Positions 50,641-64,000 of a stretch of DNA of 64,000 nt are shown here, piece by piece. The notes under the pieces are model-generated. The model was given only the letters and a program-made list of their open reading frames with translations. It had not been told where the DNA came from and did no database searches. Each line of letters begins with the position of its first letter. The stretch's first letter is position 1. The translations under genes were made by a program, and so were the position numbers. The DNA comes from Octopus sinensis (Eukaryota), in the NCBI RefSeq assembly GCF_006345805.1, contig NC_043001.1, positions 98,890,001 to 98,954,000 of the forward strand, given 5' to 3'.

Positions 50641-51169
50641 CTGCAATTATAAAATAAAAAGAAAACTCAATATATAATTCAAACAACAAATGAATTCAAT
50701 GAATTCGTAAATAAAGAAGAGATTTTTTTGTTTTTCTGATGGATTGGTTTTGATGGGAGGAAGAGGGAAAGTTATCCTTAGACTAGAGAACCAACCTAAA
50801 TACCTTTAACATTTGGACCTTGATAAAGGTACTCAAAAGCCTAAGAACAGTAAGCATCTCTGATGAGCTTACAGACAATTTCCATTCAATCGAATTTCTC
50901 TCACAAGGCTTCAAGTAACCTGGGGCTATAGTTAAAGACCCGTCCCCAAAGCCATGTGATTTCATAATCACATGGTGATGCCAGCACCTATACTTGTTAT
51001 GCAGTTTATAAGATGAAATAAAGGTAATGAAGATCTATTTTACCCATTCAAACAGAGAAAGAGAGAAATACATCCACATGTTCTAGAAAAAAAAGATCGT
51101 TACAAATTATAAACTTTTACTTTATATTCTTTAACAAACGATCATCACAATCATTACTTTTCCTTTTAA

Positions 51170-52830
51170 CCCTTTCATTACCAAACTGCCCAAAGCTACC
51201 CGAAAAAAGTTCTGGTTCATATGACCAAAGCACTCAAACCTGCCTGTAATCACATATTCATATTTAAATGAGAATTTCAGTGCAAATCTCATTAGTACAT
51301 TCATGAAAACATGCGATTCCACTTGTTGACAGTTGAATTGCAGTTCCCGACATCGATTGACTGATATATAAGCTTTGTGGATTTGGGGGGATTTTTTTCT
51401 AATTTTTTTCTGATCAATGTTTTGGAATTTGTAATACTGAAAAAAAAATGGATACTAGCTTTATTCTATCAAGCAGTGAGTCAGAATTTGAAGGATTTTC
51501 AACTGAAGACCTTGAGAAATCTACTAAATTTGTAACTGAAAAATAAAATGTGGTATTTGATAATGAATCTGATGTTTCATTTTCCGAAAGTCAATGTTGT
51601 GATTCCAACAACTCTGATGACAGCAATAAAGAAAACGAATTTACACCTGAATGGAGTAAGAATCTGGAAACTTACTTTTAGCAATTTTTGTGAAGAGGCT
51701 GGACCAAGTCACAATCTTTCTCAGGAAAGAAAACCAGTAGACTATTTCCTTTTATTTTTTCCTTTTAGCTTGTTTCAAATAATTACAGTGGAAACAAACC
51801 TTTACGTTGAATATAAACAAAGTGAATAAAAAGGATAGTGTGTGGTTTCCCACAAACATAGATCAAATTACAGCATATTTTGCCATAAATATTATTATGG
51901 GCGTTAAAAAGCTACTCAGAATTACAAATTACTGGAGTAGCGATGAACCCTTTGGAGACGAATATGTCTCAAGTATAATGACAAGGACGTGGTTTCTAAA
52001 ATTAAAGCAGTATTTACATGTGAGAGACATGAGCAGTACACCAGTACATGGAGAACCAGACTTTGATCTCTTATTTAAAATAAGACCCCTCATTCATTGT
52101 GTTCAAAACACATATAAAACATTTTACAAACCAGGGAGATATCTATCCATTGATGAGAGTATGGTGGACCATAAAGGCCGAGTATGTTTTTGATAATATA
52201 TGCCAGGAAAGCCCACAAAACAGGGGATCAAAGTTTGGAAGAATTGCGAATCAAATACTGGGTAGTGCTCTGGATTTGAACTTTAAACAGACAAAAGAGA
52301 CAATTATGTAAGCCAGCATAGCCTAGGGTATGATGTGGTCTGGAGTTTATCACTTCCAAACCATAACCAGGGCCGTATATTATTTTTTGACCGGTTTTTC
52401 AGTTCGGTCAAACTTGCTGAGAATTTAGATGCTATGGCAACACATACATGTGCTACAGTAATCGCTAGTAGAAAAGGACTGCCACTGGATATAAAAAAAG
52501 GTGAAATAATTCAACTGCAGAAAGGAAATCTGCTAGCAACCACATACAGAGATAAGAGGCAGATCAATTTTCAGTCTACCTGTGCACATCCACACGTAGA
52601 TGAACATGGCACTTCATTTGCAAACCTCAATTATAACAGGTACATGGGTGGTTGTAGATCGGGGAAATGGTGGCGATACCTGGTTTGGTATATAGTAAAT
52701 ATGAGTATTGTTAATGCATTTATACTATACACCAAACTGGGACCAGATCGAAAGCAATGCAACCATCTGCAATTCTGAGCAGATATAGCAACACAATTGA
52801 GAGCTGGTTAATCCTCAAAAAAATAAATAA
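51170..52830 (+). mobile_element. piggyBac transposase pseudogene with left TIR, in an HNRNPUL1 intron (antisense)
   Basis: TTAA|CCCTTTCATTAC at 51166-51181; YLSIDESM, YMPGKPTK.GIKVW, FFDRFFSSVKL, YNRYMGG, KWWRYL. Stops and frameshifts present; the third catalytic Asp region (after YMGG) is deleted; right TIR not found. Confidence 0.85.
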
Positions 52831-53441
52831 CTGGTGGTAGTTACTTTACAATGAGTTAGGCCTAACGATAACAACTGTCGTCTCATACTGTCTCCAATAA
52901 ACCCTCTACATCCGACTTCGATTGGAAAATGTTCCACTTTCCAGCCTGTGTCTTCACATTTCTAGGAGGTTTACATAACAATATATCTTTCGAGCCTGAG
53001 CGGTGTCTATGTTATCTTCATGAGGTACCGTTAATTTGACTGCATTCACAACTTTCTTTCCTTTACCCCACATAAAAATGTCTGGTTTTTTCGCAATAGA
53101 GATGGGAAAGAGTCCCTGGCACCCTGGATGATGATAGGAATTCTAAAATATATTTTGGTCAAATAAACAATTAACTCTATAAGTCAATAAAATTATTTAT
53201 GAAGGAGATAAAAGCTTTTGAAAGTGGTGGTGGTGGGGGGATTACATATAAATAACAGAACTCCATAGAAGACAAGTGAAGTTGAAATGTCACTGCTAAT
53301 TATCTACTGTGTCACTACTAGTAATTTAATAGACACATTTTCACAACCATGATATAAAATATATATATCTTTTCTTGAGTTGGAAAATAATTCATGTGAA
53401 CAATGTGTATGTAAAGTTTCTGATAATAAAAGCATACTAAC

Positions 53442-53517
53442 TTGTTCAGCTGATCGATTGTCATGCTTAAATAATTTATCTCTTGAAGGCCTTTTATTTT
53501 TACCTTCAATATTGTAC
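53442..53517 (-). CDS. HNRNPUL1: HNRNPUL1-like exon (Q-YNIEGKNKRPSRDKLFKHDNRSAEQ)
   Basis: TTTGCAG acceptor, GTTAGT donor; the phases (2 in, 0 out) bridge the neighbouring exons; YNxEG matches the family. Confidence 0.85.
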
Positions 53518-54034
53518 CTGCAAATAAAGAATTGGAAATATAAATAAATAAATCAATGAGGATGAGAAAAGACATAATTTCAGTAGCAACAGTCAATTCT
53601 TGTTTTACAAGTAAATATCCAGATAAATATTGATTCAGGAATTAGTTAACTTATACAAGTAGAAGTAATACCTAGCTTAAAATGAGAACATAACAGGAGA
53701 CAAGCAATAAGTTTTCTAGCTTGTACTATTTTAGCAAAATTGTAATTGGAATCACATACTGAAAGTACTAAATAATAAAGGTGAGGTAACTATAGTAATC
53801 TAATTAATCAAATGATTTAAGTGTATACATAAAGCAAAACTGAAGTAACTTCAAAATATTCACAAAATATGCCCCAAACATTTACAATATGAATTGATAT
53901 TGTTGCAAAAGTGCTAGATGTACAAAAGTGATTAGAGCTAGAAAGTGAGGGGGGGGGGGACAACCTGTCAAATGGAGCTGGTTCTGGATTGGTCTAGGAT
54001 GTTTTTGTGTAAATCAGTAGTCATCATCATCATC

Positions 54035-55200
54035 GTTTAACGTCTGCTTTCCATGCGAGCATGGGTTGGACAATTTGACTGAAGACTAGCGAACCAAATG
54101 GCTGCACCAGGCTCCAATCTGATCTGGCAAAGTTTCTACAGCTGGATGCCCTTCCTAACGCCAATCACTCCAAGAGTATTGTAGGTGCCTTTACGTGCCA
54201 CCGGCACGAGGGCCGGTCAGGTGGTACTGGTAACGGCCATGCTCAAGGGGTGATTTTTACGTGCCACCTGCACTGTCAACGACCTAGCTCGAATATTTTT
54301 CACGTGCCAGTAAGGCGACGCTGGTAACGATCCCATTTGAATGGTACTTTTTACGTGCTACCAGCACGGAAGCCAGTCAGCTGCTCTGGCAGCGATCACG
54401 CTTGGAGGGTGCTCTAAGCGCTCCACTGGCACAGGTGCCAGACATCGAATTTGATTTGATTTCGATTGCACTTGCCTCAACAGGTCTTTGCAAGCAGAGT
54501 TGAGTGTCTGCTGAAGGAAAGGTACGCATAAGTGGGCTGGTTACACCCCTGGCATAGGCCACGGGTTATGGTCTCACTTGGTTTGCCGCGTCTTCTCACG
54601 CACTGTATATTTCCAAAGGTCTCAGTCACTAGTCATTGTCTTGGTGAGGCCTAATGTTCGAAGGTCGTGTTTCACCACTTCATCCCAAGTCTTCCTGGGT
54701 CTACCTCTTCCACATGTTCCCTCAACCGCTAGGGCGTGACACTTTTTCACACAGCTATCCTCATCCATTCTCGCCATATGACCATACCAGCACAGTCATC
54801 TCTCTTGCACACCACATCTGATGCTTCTTAGGTCCAACTTTTCTCTCAAGGTACTTAAACTCTGTCAAGTATGCACACTGACATTACACATCCATTGGAG
54901 CATACTGGCTTCATTCCTTGTGAGCTTACGCATGGCCTCAGCAGTCACGACCCATTTATCAATGCCATGTAGCATGGCTGTTCGTACACATGCGTCATAC
55001 AGTCTACCTTTTACTCTGAGCGAGAGGCCCTTTGTCACCAGCAGAGGTAAGAGCTCTCTGAACTTTGCCCAGGCTATTCTTATTCTAGCAACTACACTTT
55101 CAGCGCACTCTTCCCCGCTACTGACTTGTCACCTAGGTAATGGAAGCTATCAACTACTTCTAGTTTTTCTCCCTGGAATGTGGCGAAGTTGTTCTCTGCA
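54035..55200 (-). mobile_element. RTE LINE 3' fragment in intron
   Basis: LEVVDSFHYLG...RIRIAWAKFRELLPLL...WYGHMARMDED...GRGRPRKTW; the 3' UTR and (GAT)n tail are homologous to 15558-16146. Confidence 0.85.
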
Positions 55201-56016
55201 CATTTTCAGTGTTTATTGCTCATGAGCATCTGCCACATACAAAAACTATCTTCCCAGTTAGCCTTCCTTTGATATTGCTGCACCTCTTATGTGTCCATAG
55301 CTTGCACTGGGTAGCAGTAATTATATAAAAGATACTTATATAAAAGCAGTATTCCATAGTGCTATTTATCTTTTATTTAATATATAATTTAGTTAATACT
55401 AAACCTGCTTTGTTGATGATATAGTCAGTATTTCAAAAGTAATACACATAAATTATCACAAATTCATTTTGTTTTTACATTCAGTCTTTCATGTTGTCAT
55501 CAACAATAAAAAAAAATTAAAGTTAATTTTTACAATGCAATCATGGGATATATTTTACACATGTTATTAAATTTTCGCTGAAATCTAAATATGTATTCTT
55601 GAGTGTAAATGTTTATTTTTTTTTTATTAAGAGCTGGAGTCTGTCTTAAAGGTAGTGTTGATTTGGATTTCTTGATCACAATACCAACAATATCATAATA
55701 TCAATTAAGGGAACTCTAGTAGACCATGAAAGAGATGGCGAAAGTTCTGGGATTATGGAAACCCTTTGTCTGTAAGCTTGAAGGTGTTTAACTTTGAAAT
55801 AGTTAACTGCTAAACAATGTTTGTGGCCACACTAGTTTGTATCCAACACCAATGCGGCTTACAGTCATTTATGTTTCTAAAACATTACTCCAATCCTCTC
55901 TTGATTCTTAGTGAATATTTCCTTATCATAACTGCTGGTTTTGATGTTCAAGCTATAGAAACTTAGCCACTAAATGGCATACAATTCACACACAAAGAAA
56001 AGCAAGCAAAACTCAC

Positions 56017-56149
56017 TGTTCAACTAATTTAATAGATTTTTCTTTTGGTAATTCAATATATTCAATGATATCATATAGTGAAGAATTGTCTTCAGGCAAA
56101 GAAAAGTTTGCTTTCATTTCTAGTACAGCCTCTTCAGGAATAACTTTAC
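56017..56149 (-). CDS. HNRNPUL1: HNRNPUL1-like exon (GKVIPEEAVLEMKANFSLPE...LVEQ)
   Basis: TTTCAG acceptor, GTGAGT donor; AVLEMKANF is a conserved family motif. Confidence 0.92.
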
Positions 56150-56222
56150 CTGAAACAAATTATAAAAAGTGAAGTTTATACATGTAAAACACTGGACTTT
56201 GCAACAACAACAACAACAACAA

Positions 56223-56263
<41 letters not shown>

Positions 56264-56669
56264 AGAGTAAATGTCTGAACACATCTTTTCAGAGACTGGA
56301 CCACTGGCTATATATCACACTGGCTGTAACAGTTCCACATGACAAACTAACATATATTTGAAATATAATTGTTATATAAGGACTTTGGTATAGATATAAA
56401 ATACCAAATTGTGTATCAACAATATACCAGCTCTACTTGTGTAATTAAGAAACAGATATGGAGAGTAATCTATTGAGTAGGTGATAAATATCAGCTTATC
56501 TAAAACTGCAGCAATTTCTACAATTTTCTCCATTTTTCCATCAAGTAGAAGTCTGACCAACAATAAAGATATGTACAGACTTCAATACTTTCCTAGGGAC
56601 TAAGATTACATCATTCAGTTAATAACACTTCGATTTTGTATTTTACAAAAGAAAGAAAATTTAACCTAC

Positions 56670-56834
56670 CATCTTCTTTAGTCCTTTTATTTGAGCGATG
56701 AATTAATTCAGAATCTTCACAAACAAGAACAGCTGCTTTTCGATAAAATCCTTGGAAATTTCGCATCTTGCGCTTACGGGCACTAGCATAAACATTAGTT
56801 TGGTCAAGGATCAAATTTTTTCGTCTTCTGGAAG
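56670..56834 (-). CDS. HNRNPUL1: HNRNPUL1-like exon (ASRRRKNLILDQTNVY...TKEDG), P-loop NTPase/PNK-like domain
   Basis: TCTCTAG acceptor, GTAGGT donor; ILDQTNVY motif. Confidence 0.95.
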
Positions 56835-57497
56835 CTAGAGAAAGGGAGAAAAAATTTTGTAACAAGTCTAATGTCTTCTAGTTGACTGGATCAACAGAGG
56901 TATATTATTGTTACAATTTTATTAATCTCACAGGGGCAACATTCCTCCCACACCCTGCTCAATCTGTTAATTCTACAATTGCACCCATTTGTTACAAAAG
57001 TTAACTGCATCTATTAATAAAAAAGTTTTAGCAGGTAATATCTATAAATATATACATTAAGCAATATATTTTGCACTTCATAGCAGTAGCTCAACATGAA
57101 CTGTTCAAGAGAAAGTTAACGATAGTTCACTAAGGCTGTAATGTTACAAACAAATTTCTTCCTGCCATCAAGTGTACCAAATAAGTTGTGTGTAAGCATT
57201 CAAATGTATTTGGATTAGATCAAAGTCCATTCACTCTTGCTACTTATTTACATACAATCTTTCAATATTATTTTAGACATTCAGACAAATTTTAACAAAA
57301 AGCACTACTTAAAAGTATATGCTGCAATGATTACAGAGTTTGTTGTTCAACCACTAGGACTACACTGATAAAACAGACTTACGATTAAAGCCTGAGTGAC
57401 AAATTAGCAGAAAAAAAATAATAAGCAAACTGATTTGCAAAACTCACAATATTCTTTTTTATTGTTTACACTATAGAAAGTCAAATACAATTCTTAA

Positions 57498-58582
57498 CCC
57501 TTTCGTTACTATATTTCTGACCAAAATACACCCCTCATGAGTTTTAATTAAATTCTAAAATAATCATGAATCTAGGCTTGTTTCATTAACTGTAACTTTT
57601 TTTACTTATCAACATATTAATGTGATATTTGGAACATAATTAAAGAAAGGGTTCTTAATCAATTCTATTGCATAACTTTTGTCTCAAAGTGACTTTAATT
57701 ACAGGTAAATTGAGCAAAAGGTAAAAATATTAAAATTTTAAATTGAGCAAAAGGTAAAAATATTAAAATTTTGTTTAAACATCACCATAGAAAATGAATC
57801 ATCAGCTAATATTCAAATGGGTATGCAACAAAATTTTGATAAAGAAGAATTGTGCACATCACTATATCATCAGTTGAATTTAATGCACAACAGGTGTACC
57901 ATAAAGGTGGAATAAAATGAAATACTGGAATCCACCGTAAGTTTGACTGAACTAAAGAAATCGGTCAAAAAATAATATACGGCCCTGGTTATGGTATGGA
58001 AGTGATAAATTCCAGACCACATCGTTCCCTAGGCCATGCTGACTAACATTATTTTCCCCGTATAAAAACTAAATCCACACAGTACCCAGTATTTGCTTCA
58101 CAAATTTTCCGAAATTTGAACCCCCATTTTGTGTTTGTTTACATTCTGCGTAAGTTTGTTTCCGCATTGATCGCTTCAAACAATAACTTCCAGACTACAT
58201 CATACCCTAAGCCATGCTGACTAACATTAGTTTCCCTGTATAAAAACTAAATCCACAACAGTACCCAGTATTTGTTTCACAAATTTTCCAATTCGGAATC
58301 AATGCTTGATAACATGAAACTCCTCTCCATTTTCAAAGTTGAAGAAAAGTCGATGCCGAAAAAAATGTGGAAAAAAATCTCCCAAAATTCAGGGAATTAA
58401 AATTACACGTCGATCGTTGTACAAAACTGTAGATGAACTGTTTACGAAGCATAATCACGTGTTTTCACAAATGTACTAAAGAGATTTGCTCTGATATTCT
58501 CATTTAAATATGAATAGGTAAATTCGGGCAGCTTTGGTCACATTAACCAAAATTTTTTTCGGGCGGCTTGGTAACGAAAGGG
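57498..58582 (-). mobile_element. Non-autonomous piggyBac deletion derivative (1085 bp), same family as 51170
   Basis: Perfect 12-bp TIRs CCCTTTCGTTAC/GTAACGAAAGGG; TTAA on both sides; the internal piece matches 52200-52400; contains a ~100 bp internal duplication and a 33 bp tandem repeat (57707-57772). Confidence 0.92.
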
Positions 58583-58586
58583 TTAA

Positions 58587-59314
58587 TCTATAATCTATAA
58601 TATAAATTGCAAGTGGACGATTGTTGTATTCTTTCTTGTCTTGAGGTTCACAGCCAAACGGCTGGGTGGATTCGCGTGAAAAATGGTACACATGTGGAGA
58701 TAGGTGCATAGATTGGAATGCAAGTTTGTATTTTTTTCCTAGCCCCCATACTTACTGAGAAAATCGATCAAAACTTTTTGGCTGCTATATCTACCTGGTC
58801 TAGCTACCATGTAGAGGTCTGAACTAAAGTTCACATATTTGCATTTCAAAAATTTAACAATCTTTTCCATAAATGAACTAGTGTAAAAATTTTATACGAT
58901 GAGCACACACGCGCGCGCACACACACACACACGTCCATTTCATATATCTTCTTTCAATTTCTGCTCTCTGCAAATAAAATTTTTATGGATACAACTGCTT
59001 ACAAAAATAGGGATTAATGTATAATTTCTTTCTATATTCATAATTAAATCAATGTTTTAATGATTAGACAGAGGTCCAATACAATAGCTCTGAGAAACAG
59101 ACTACATACAAATTCATTTTTCACAACTTCTGAAGCTGTTTTCTGACAAATAGTGGGGTGGAATCAGGAAATTTTCATACAGCTGGAGGCTTCAATCGAA
59201 ACAGGGGACCCAAAATGATAAGATTGAGAAATGCTGTTATAGATTATGCCTAACCGAAAACGATCACAGCCACATCATCCAAACAGACCAGGTGAAACCG
59301 GGCTTAACTGCTAG
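58587..59314 (+). mobile_element. Complete non-autonomous Helitron (728 bp)
   Basis: A|TCTATAATC... 5' end; 3' hairpin-like CCAGGTGAAACCGGG then CTAG|T. Confidence 0.8.
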
Positions 59315-60449
59315 TATTAAATAATTGTTGTGATACAAGTAAGGAGGTATAATGTCACTGGATCTCTTGCCCATTACACTCCTACTAAGTCAATATTTAC
59401 AGCCCCATTAGTTAACTTCTCACCTATCCCTGTTAATCATGTTCATTGTACAATGCCATCAGTGTAAATGAAGAAGAGCATTAGATTTATCCATATTCAC
59501 TCTTTCCACTACTGCATCCATCATCATTATCACACTACCTTTCTAAAACAACAACTCTTCTATCACCCTTACACCACAACGAGATTGTAGCTCTGCTACA
59601 TAGCCTCCTGGTTACAAGAGGGCAACAGGTCTGTCTTTATACATTACCTACAACCATCATTCCCTCTCCACCATGTAATTCCAAGTTGACATTTAGCATT
59701 CTAACTTACTAACTCCGCCCTAAGTTACTCATTTTTGGATTTCTACTGTCATTACTTCCTACCCTATTCCCCTCTTTGTTCTACACACCTTAGATCACTG
59801 AATACTCTCTACATTCTACATTTACTGTGTACAAGGCTCCCCACCCTCCTGTGCTAGTTCCACAATGTACCCACTTCCAGTAAAGTACTCCTACAGTGAC
59901 TGGTAATAGAGAAAACCTCTCTAGTGCTGCTAACATGAAACGTGTAATTAGTACACACTGTAAAGTGGTTGACAAATGAGTAGAGAAAACATAGGATTGC
60001 GAAGTCCCTATAATCCTAGCTCACCTCTTCAGTGTTGGTATGACAATAAAAATGCATCCACTAGTAGAATACCAAGACCAATGACACATACAAGTAGCAG
60101 TCTAGGGGAAGAATGGTTCCCAATAAAAGATGACTTAGATTGTGATGACCTGTCCAACCCATTCCAACATGGAAAGCTCAATACAATGATGATAATGTAG
60201 AATGTTGCAGAAATAGATGAAAATAATTTGATATAGGAAGAAAAATTACCAAAAATTTGGAGAACATGAAATTTGTATTGAAAAATGTTGGATGGTGTAT
60301 GGCAAGTATTTAGTGAAACCATATTACTAATGTAGATTTACTTCAATATTCTGATTCAAATATGAATAAGCAAATTAAGTGATCTCAAGTAGTGTGGTAC
60401 AAAAATGATTTAAAAGGACAGACACACACAATCACAAACAAAAACCTAC

Positions 60450-60666
60450 CAATCTGAAACATTTTATTGAGACATCCTGTTGCTTTCTGAATAAGGACAT
60501 CCCATCTGCCATGGAAAAATCTTTTTCTCGGTAATCCCATCACTCTCATTTTATCAATTAGAGAATCTGTACCAATAACATAATATTTCTTATCTGGATG
60601 GTTTTTGCACATATTTAAAGCCCATGAGGTCTTGCCACAGCCAGGCAAACCAATTAACATCATCAT
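60450..60666 (-). CDS. HNRNPUL1: HNRNPUL1-like exon (MMMLIGLPGCGKTSW...KMFQI), Walker A
   Basis: TATAG acceptor, GTAGGT donor; DKMRVMGL and GRWDVLIQ.AT.CLN are closer to HNRNPUL1 than to HNRNPU. Confidence 0.95.
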
Positions 60667-61144
60667 CTATATAAAACAAAGAAAAACATTTTAAAAAATC
60701 AAGCATGACACAGTTACAGGAATCAAATACATAACAATAGTAATATTGAAGATATTAGGAAACACAAGATTCTAAGTTGGTAACACATGACTTACATCAA
60801 TCTCTTGATAAAATTGCTATTTTGTGTTACCATTACAACAACTGGTTTAGATTTCAATATATTTTAGAATTAGAATGATGCTCTAGTCTTTAACATTGAT
60901 GAAACAATATTTTTAAAATATTAAGATTAATATGACTAAAAAGTTATATATTGTTGATACTAATGTTAGATGACAGAAGCAAGAGTTCATGTCTGTAATT
61001 GAAGCAGTAGCAGCTGTGATACACAACAGTGTATCTAAATAACAACTACACGATGGTAATTTTACTTTTCCGATAGATCATTAACCAAATACTGTTTAAC
61101 AGAATCTCTTACATTATTTACATTTGACGGATATTTGTCCTAAT

Positions 61145-61320
61145 CTTGTTTGTTGTTCGATTCCAAGCAGGTGTCTTGGGGAAATTTCAAACCTGGGTTC
61201 TCATTCCTAAGGTATTTTTTGATCTTGTTGCTATTATTATTCAGGTCACTGCTTGGAATCGAACTCAGAATCTTGGGGTTAGTAGCCTGCACTCTGAACC
61301 ACTACGCCATATGCCCGTGG
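61145..61320 (-). mobile_element. tRNA-derived SINE
   Basis: Reverse strand GGGCATATGGCGTAGTGGTTCAGAG...GAGTTCGATTCCAAG (A and B boxes). Confidence 0.75.
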
Positions 61321-61344
61321 ACAATTATTGAGTGAATTTTTAGG

Positions 61345-62165
61345 GCTTATAAATCTAATGTTTTCCTATCCTTCCTTAATACCAGTTCCCATATGCTACT
61401 CATATCTGCACTCGGTCTGCTTAGGAGGTTGTTGTGTCCTAGCATATGTGCTGCTTCTTTTAGTTTCAGTATTTTCCAGTAGTGTTCTCTATTATTTTAA
61501 CTCCATCCCACAGGGGGAGGCGCTCTCATATTTTTCCATACATGATCAACTATACCCGATTTATCAATAACTCGTGTCACAGCTTTGCGATGTTTGTCTA
61601 CCCTTTTTTTTGAGGGGGCAGCATGTTTCACCTTTGCATAACCTACCACAGCTGCATGGGATGGAGTACATGCAGTCTTTGGTCGTATTCTCTTCTATTG
61701 GTGGTTTTACCTGAAGGAAATATTTGCGAAGTGTTGTATTACTTTTGATTACTGTGCTGATGTCATATGGGCCACATATCTTTTGTATCTTTTTGGAGAG
61801 GCCTTTCATATAGAGTAGACAGACTGGACAGTTTATTGGTTTCATCCTCTCTTTTCTTCATAAGTGGAGTGGATGGTATTTTTGGAGGGTAGTTGTTGCT
61901 TAACAGATTGTTAGTGAGCTTGATCATTTCTTCATGGAGTGTATCACGATCGCTACTTATATTCTTTGCACAATGTTTTAGGCACCGAGTAATCCCTCTC
62001 TTTACACTGTATGGATGGTGGGAATATAAGTTGAGATCACCCAGTGAAGGTCGGTTTGCGGTATGTGGATGTCCTGAACTCATTCATGGTGCGTGGTATT
62101 AATACGTCCAAGAATGCTAACTGGTTGTCTTTTTCCATTTCCATGGCTATATTGAGTTCACATGA
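61345..62165 (-). mobile_element. Degenerate PLE fragment (RT C-terminus and GIY-YIG)
   Basis: LAFLDVLI...YRKPTFTG, HHPYSVKRGI, NNYP, DCMYSIPCSCGRLCKGET, HRKAV...KLKEAAHM. Confidence 0.8.
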
Positions 62166-63497
62166 TCTAACAGCACTTGGACATTTTCCTGGTGGGGGCC
62201 AGAGTATAAAAGGTGTCATCAACATATTGCAGCCACAGGGTTATTTTAGAGAGTTGGTACAAAAAATATGTAGTCAACTTGAGGCTGAGAGAGATTAGGA
62301 AGTTATATATTGAAGGGTCAATTTAAATAATTAGCTTACGAAAGTAAGTATTAGTAAATAATACTTTCATAAGCTAATTATTTAAATTGACCCTTCAATA
62401 TATAACTTCCTAATCTCTCTCTCTCTCTCTCAGCCTTAGAATTCATTTTTGTTATATTTTGTCCCCTTCAAGACAGTTTAAAATTTACATGTTTAAATTA
62501 ACAATTATTCTCTTTCACCTAATGTTAACTTGGAGGTAAACAATGTTATTATTCAAGGCAAACTAATTTGACCAGTGAATATTGGTTATTGATTTATGTT
62601 GGTGATATGATACACACAGCCCCACATCAAAATAAATAGTAGATTCTCTTCAATAAAGTTAGTGTTACTAAAATGCATGTGTTGGGGGGGGGGGGCAGTA
62701 GTTAGATTGTAATCATAGAGTATGGCAAATATCATCTATCCCAGAGATTTAACTAAACAAATTTGTTTCTAAATGCTACACCTAAATGTTGTTCTATGAT
62801 TATCAGAGTTTGCAAACTTAGAATCATAGCAATCATGTTAATCAAATTAGTTCAATTAACAAATGTAAATGAATGTGGATTCAACTTTACAAGTAATTGT
62901 TACTATTTTGAACTATACCATGTAATTATTTTCTAGTGTTACACAAGCCACTATTCTATATTAAATTTTTTTTTAAACTAAGAATACTGGAGAATTCAGA
63001 GAGCTTAGATTTGCTTGAAATGATTTGGAATTATCATTTTAGATCTTTAAGCCATGGACTACAAAAAATACCATTTTAATACCAAAGATGAAATTAAAAA
63101 GACTTCGTAAACCTTTCTTCTCAGTTTCACATAACTGATCATCAGACAGAAATGAACTTTTTGAACTATACAAAAACTATTGTACCATTCCAAGGGTTTC
63201 AATTCTCCCCGATGATTAGTTATTAAAACTTGGAGCAAGCAAACAGTTTTCAGTTTCAATAAAACATTCTCTCTCTTTCTTTCTCTCTCTCTCTCTCTCG
63301 CACACACAATCTCTCTCTCTCTCTCATGTGCATGCAATTTACAGCGGAAATTCATAAAAAATAAACCAAAATTGCAAGAAGTCTGTTGTATATTTACTAA
63401 ACCTTAGAATAATTATTAATTTGCAATTCAACTGCACAAAATATCCAGCTAAAATTGCTGAAACAATCCAACAGAAACTAATGAAATAAACACTAAC

Positions 63498-63627
63498 CTC
63501 ACATTCACTCTTTGTGTTAGGACATTTAGAACCCCGTACTCTTTCATTTACATGAACATGGTCAATATAAACAAAACCAGGTGGCGGTGGAAACCAGGCT
63601 GCTGTTTGTCCAAAGTTTACTTTGAAC
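63498..63627 (-). CDS. HNRNPUL1: HNRNPUL1-like exon (end of SPRY domain: FKVNFGQ...KSECE); upstream exons lie beyond the window
   Basis: TTCTAG acceptor, GTTAGT donor; phase-0 join to MMMLIG; NFGQ...ER.RG..P..K.ECE matches the family. Confidence 0.92.
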
Positions 63628-64000
63628 CTAGAATGAGAGAGAAAAGAATGAAGGTTGATTTCATATTGTAATTAAACAGTAAAACAGTTATTCTGAAACT
63701 GAGACCCCTCCTCCCACCAAAAATAAAACAACAGAAGTTGGAAATAAGATATTTAAAATATAAAGGTAAACTTTTCATTTCTAGCCTCATGTTAATTATA
63801 ACTAAATTATTATTTAAAGCTATGTTTGAGCAGTACGATTTAAATTCTAAAACAAAGCATATTGTTAATTAGATGAGTAAAACAGTAAATAAATGAGATA
63901 TCTTATTAAAGTAGCTAAATGCAAGTGGGGATGAATAAGTTAGCTTAGTAAATAAATGATGCATGGTTTGATCCCAAAGTGTAACACCTTGAGTAAGTGT

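Noticed and set aside
56205-56262. (CAA)n plus a long poly-A tract resembling a retrocopy tail
   Set aside because: No adjacent processed gene or TSD; it is a simple repeat (U-rich on the pre-mRNA strand).
61240-61320. tRNA-like sequences with A and B boxes (also 5849, 8887, 26318)
   Set aside because: No complete cloverleaf could be folded, and they continue into repeat bodies, so they are SINE heads rather than tRNA genes.

Overview
AT-rich, microsatellite-dense animal genomic DNA. The SINE/RTE/Penelope repertoire and gene content suggest a coleoid cephalopod (octopus-like); this is an inference. (1) An imperfect tandem segmental duplication (copy A ~3515-20390, copy B ~28155-42110) carries two 2-coding-exon, single-cysteine-cluster Toll-like receptor genes on the + strand (836 aa and 832 aa). 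The two proteins are nearly identical, yet 11 of 14 ectodomain substitutions fall on concave-face LRR positions, against one synonymous ectodomain change, and the TIR BB loop lacks the canonical proline. (2) The 3' six exons of an HNRNPUL1-like gene lie on the - strand (47188-63627, 5' end beyond the window), with a 1150-aa low-complexity terminal exon. (3) There is a dense TE landscape: a 5'-truncated but ORF-intact Neptune-type Penelope-like element (PLE) with a CCAAT/CRE promoter array, other PLE remnants, RTE and CR1-like LINE fragments, tRNA-derived SINEs, Helitrons, and piggyBac remnants and MITEs. (4) About eight minimal hammerhead-ribozyme-like motifs occur, mostly in PLE pseudo-LTR-like or inverted-repeat elements sitting in (TA)n tracts; one is sense-oriented ~750 nt downstream of the TLR-B stop codon. 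All alignments, counts and RNA folds were done by eye.
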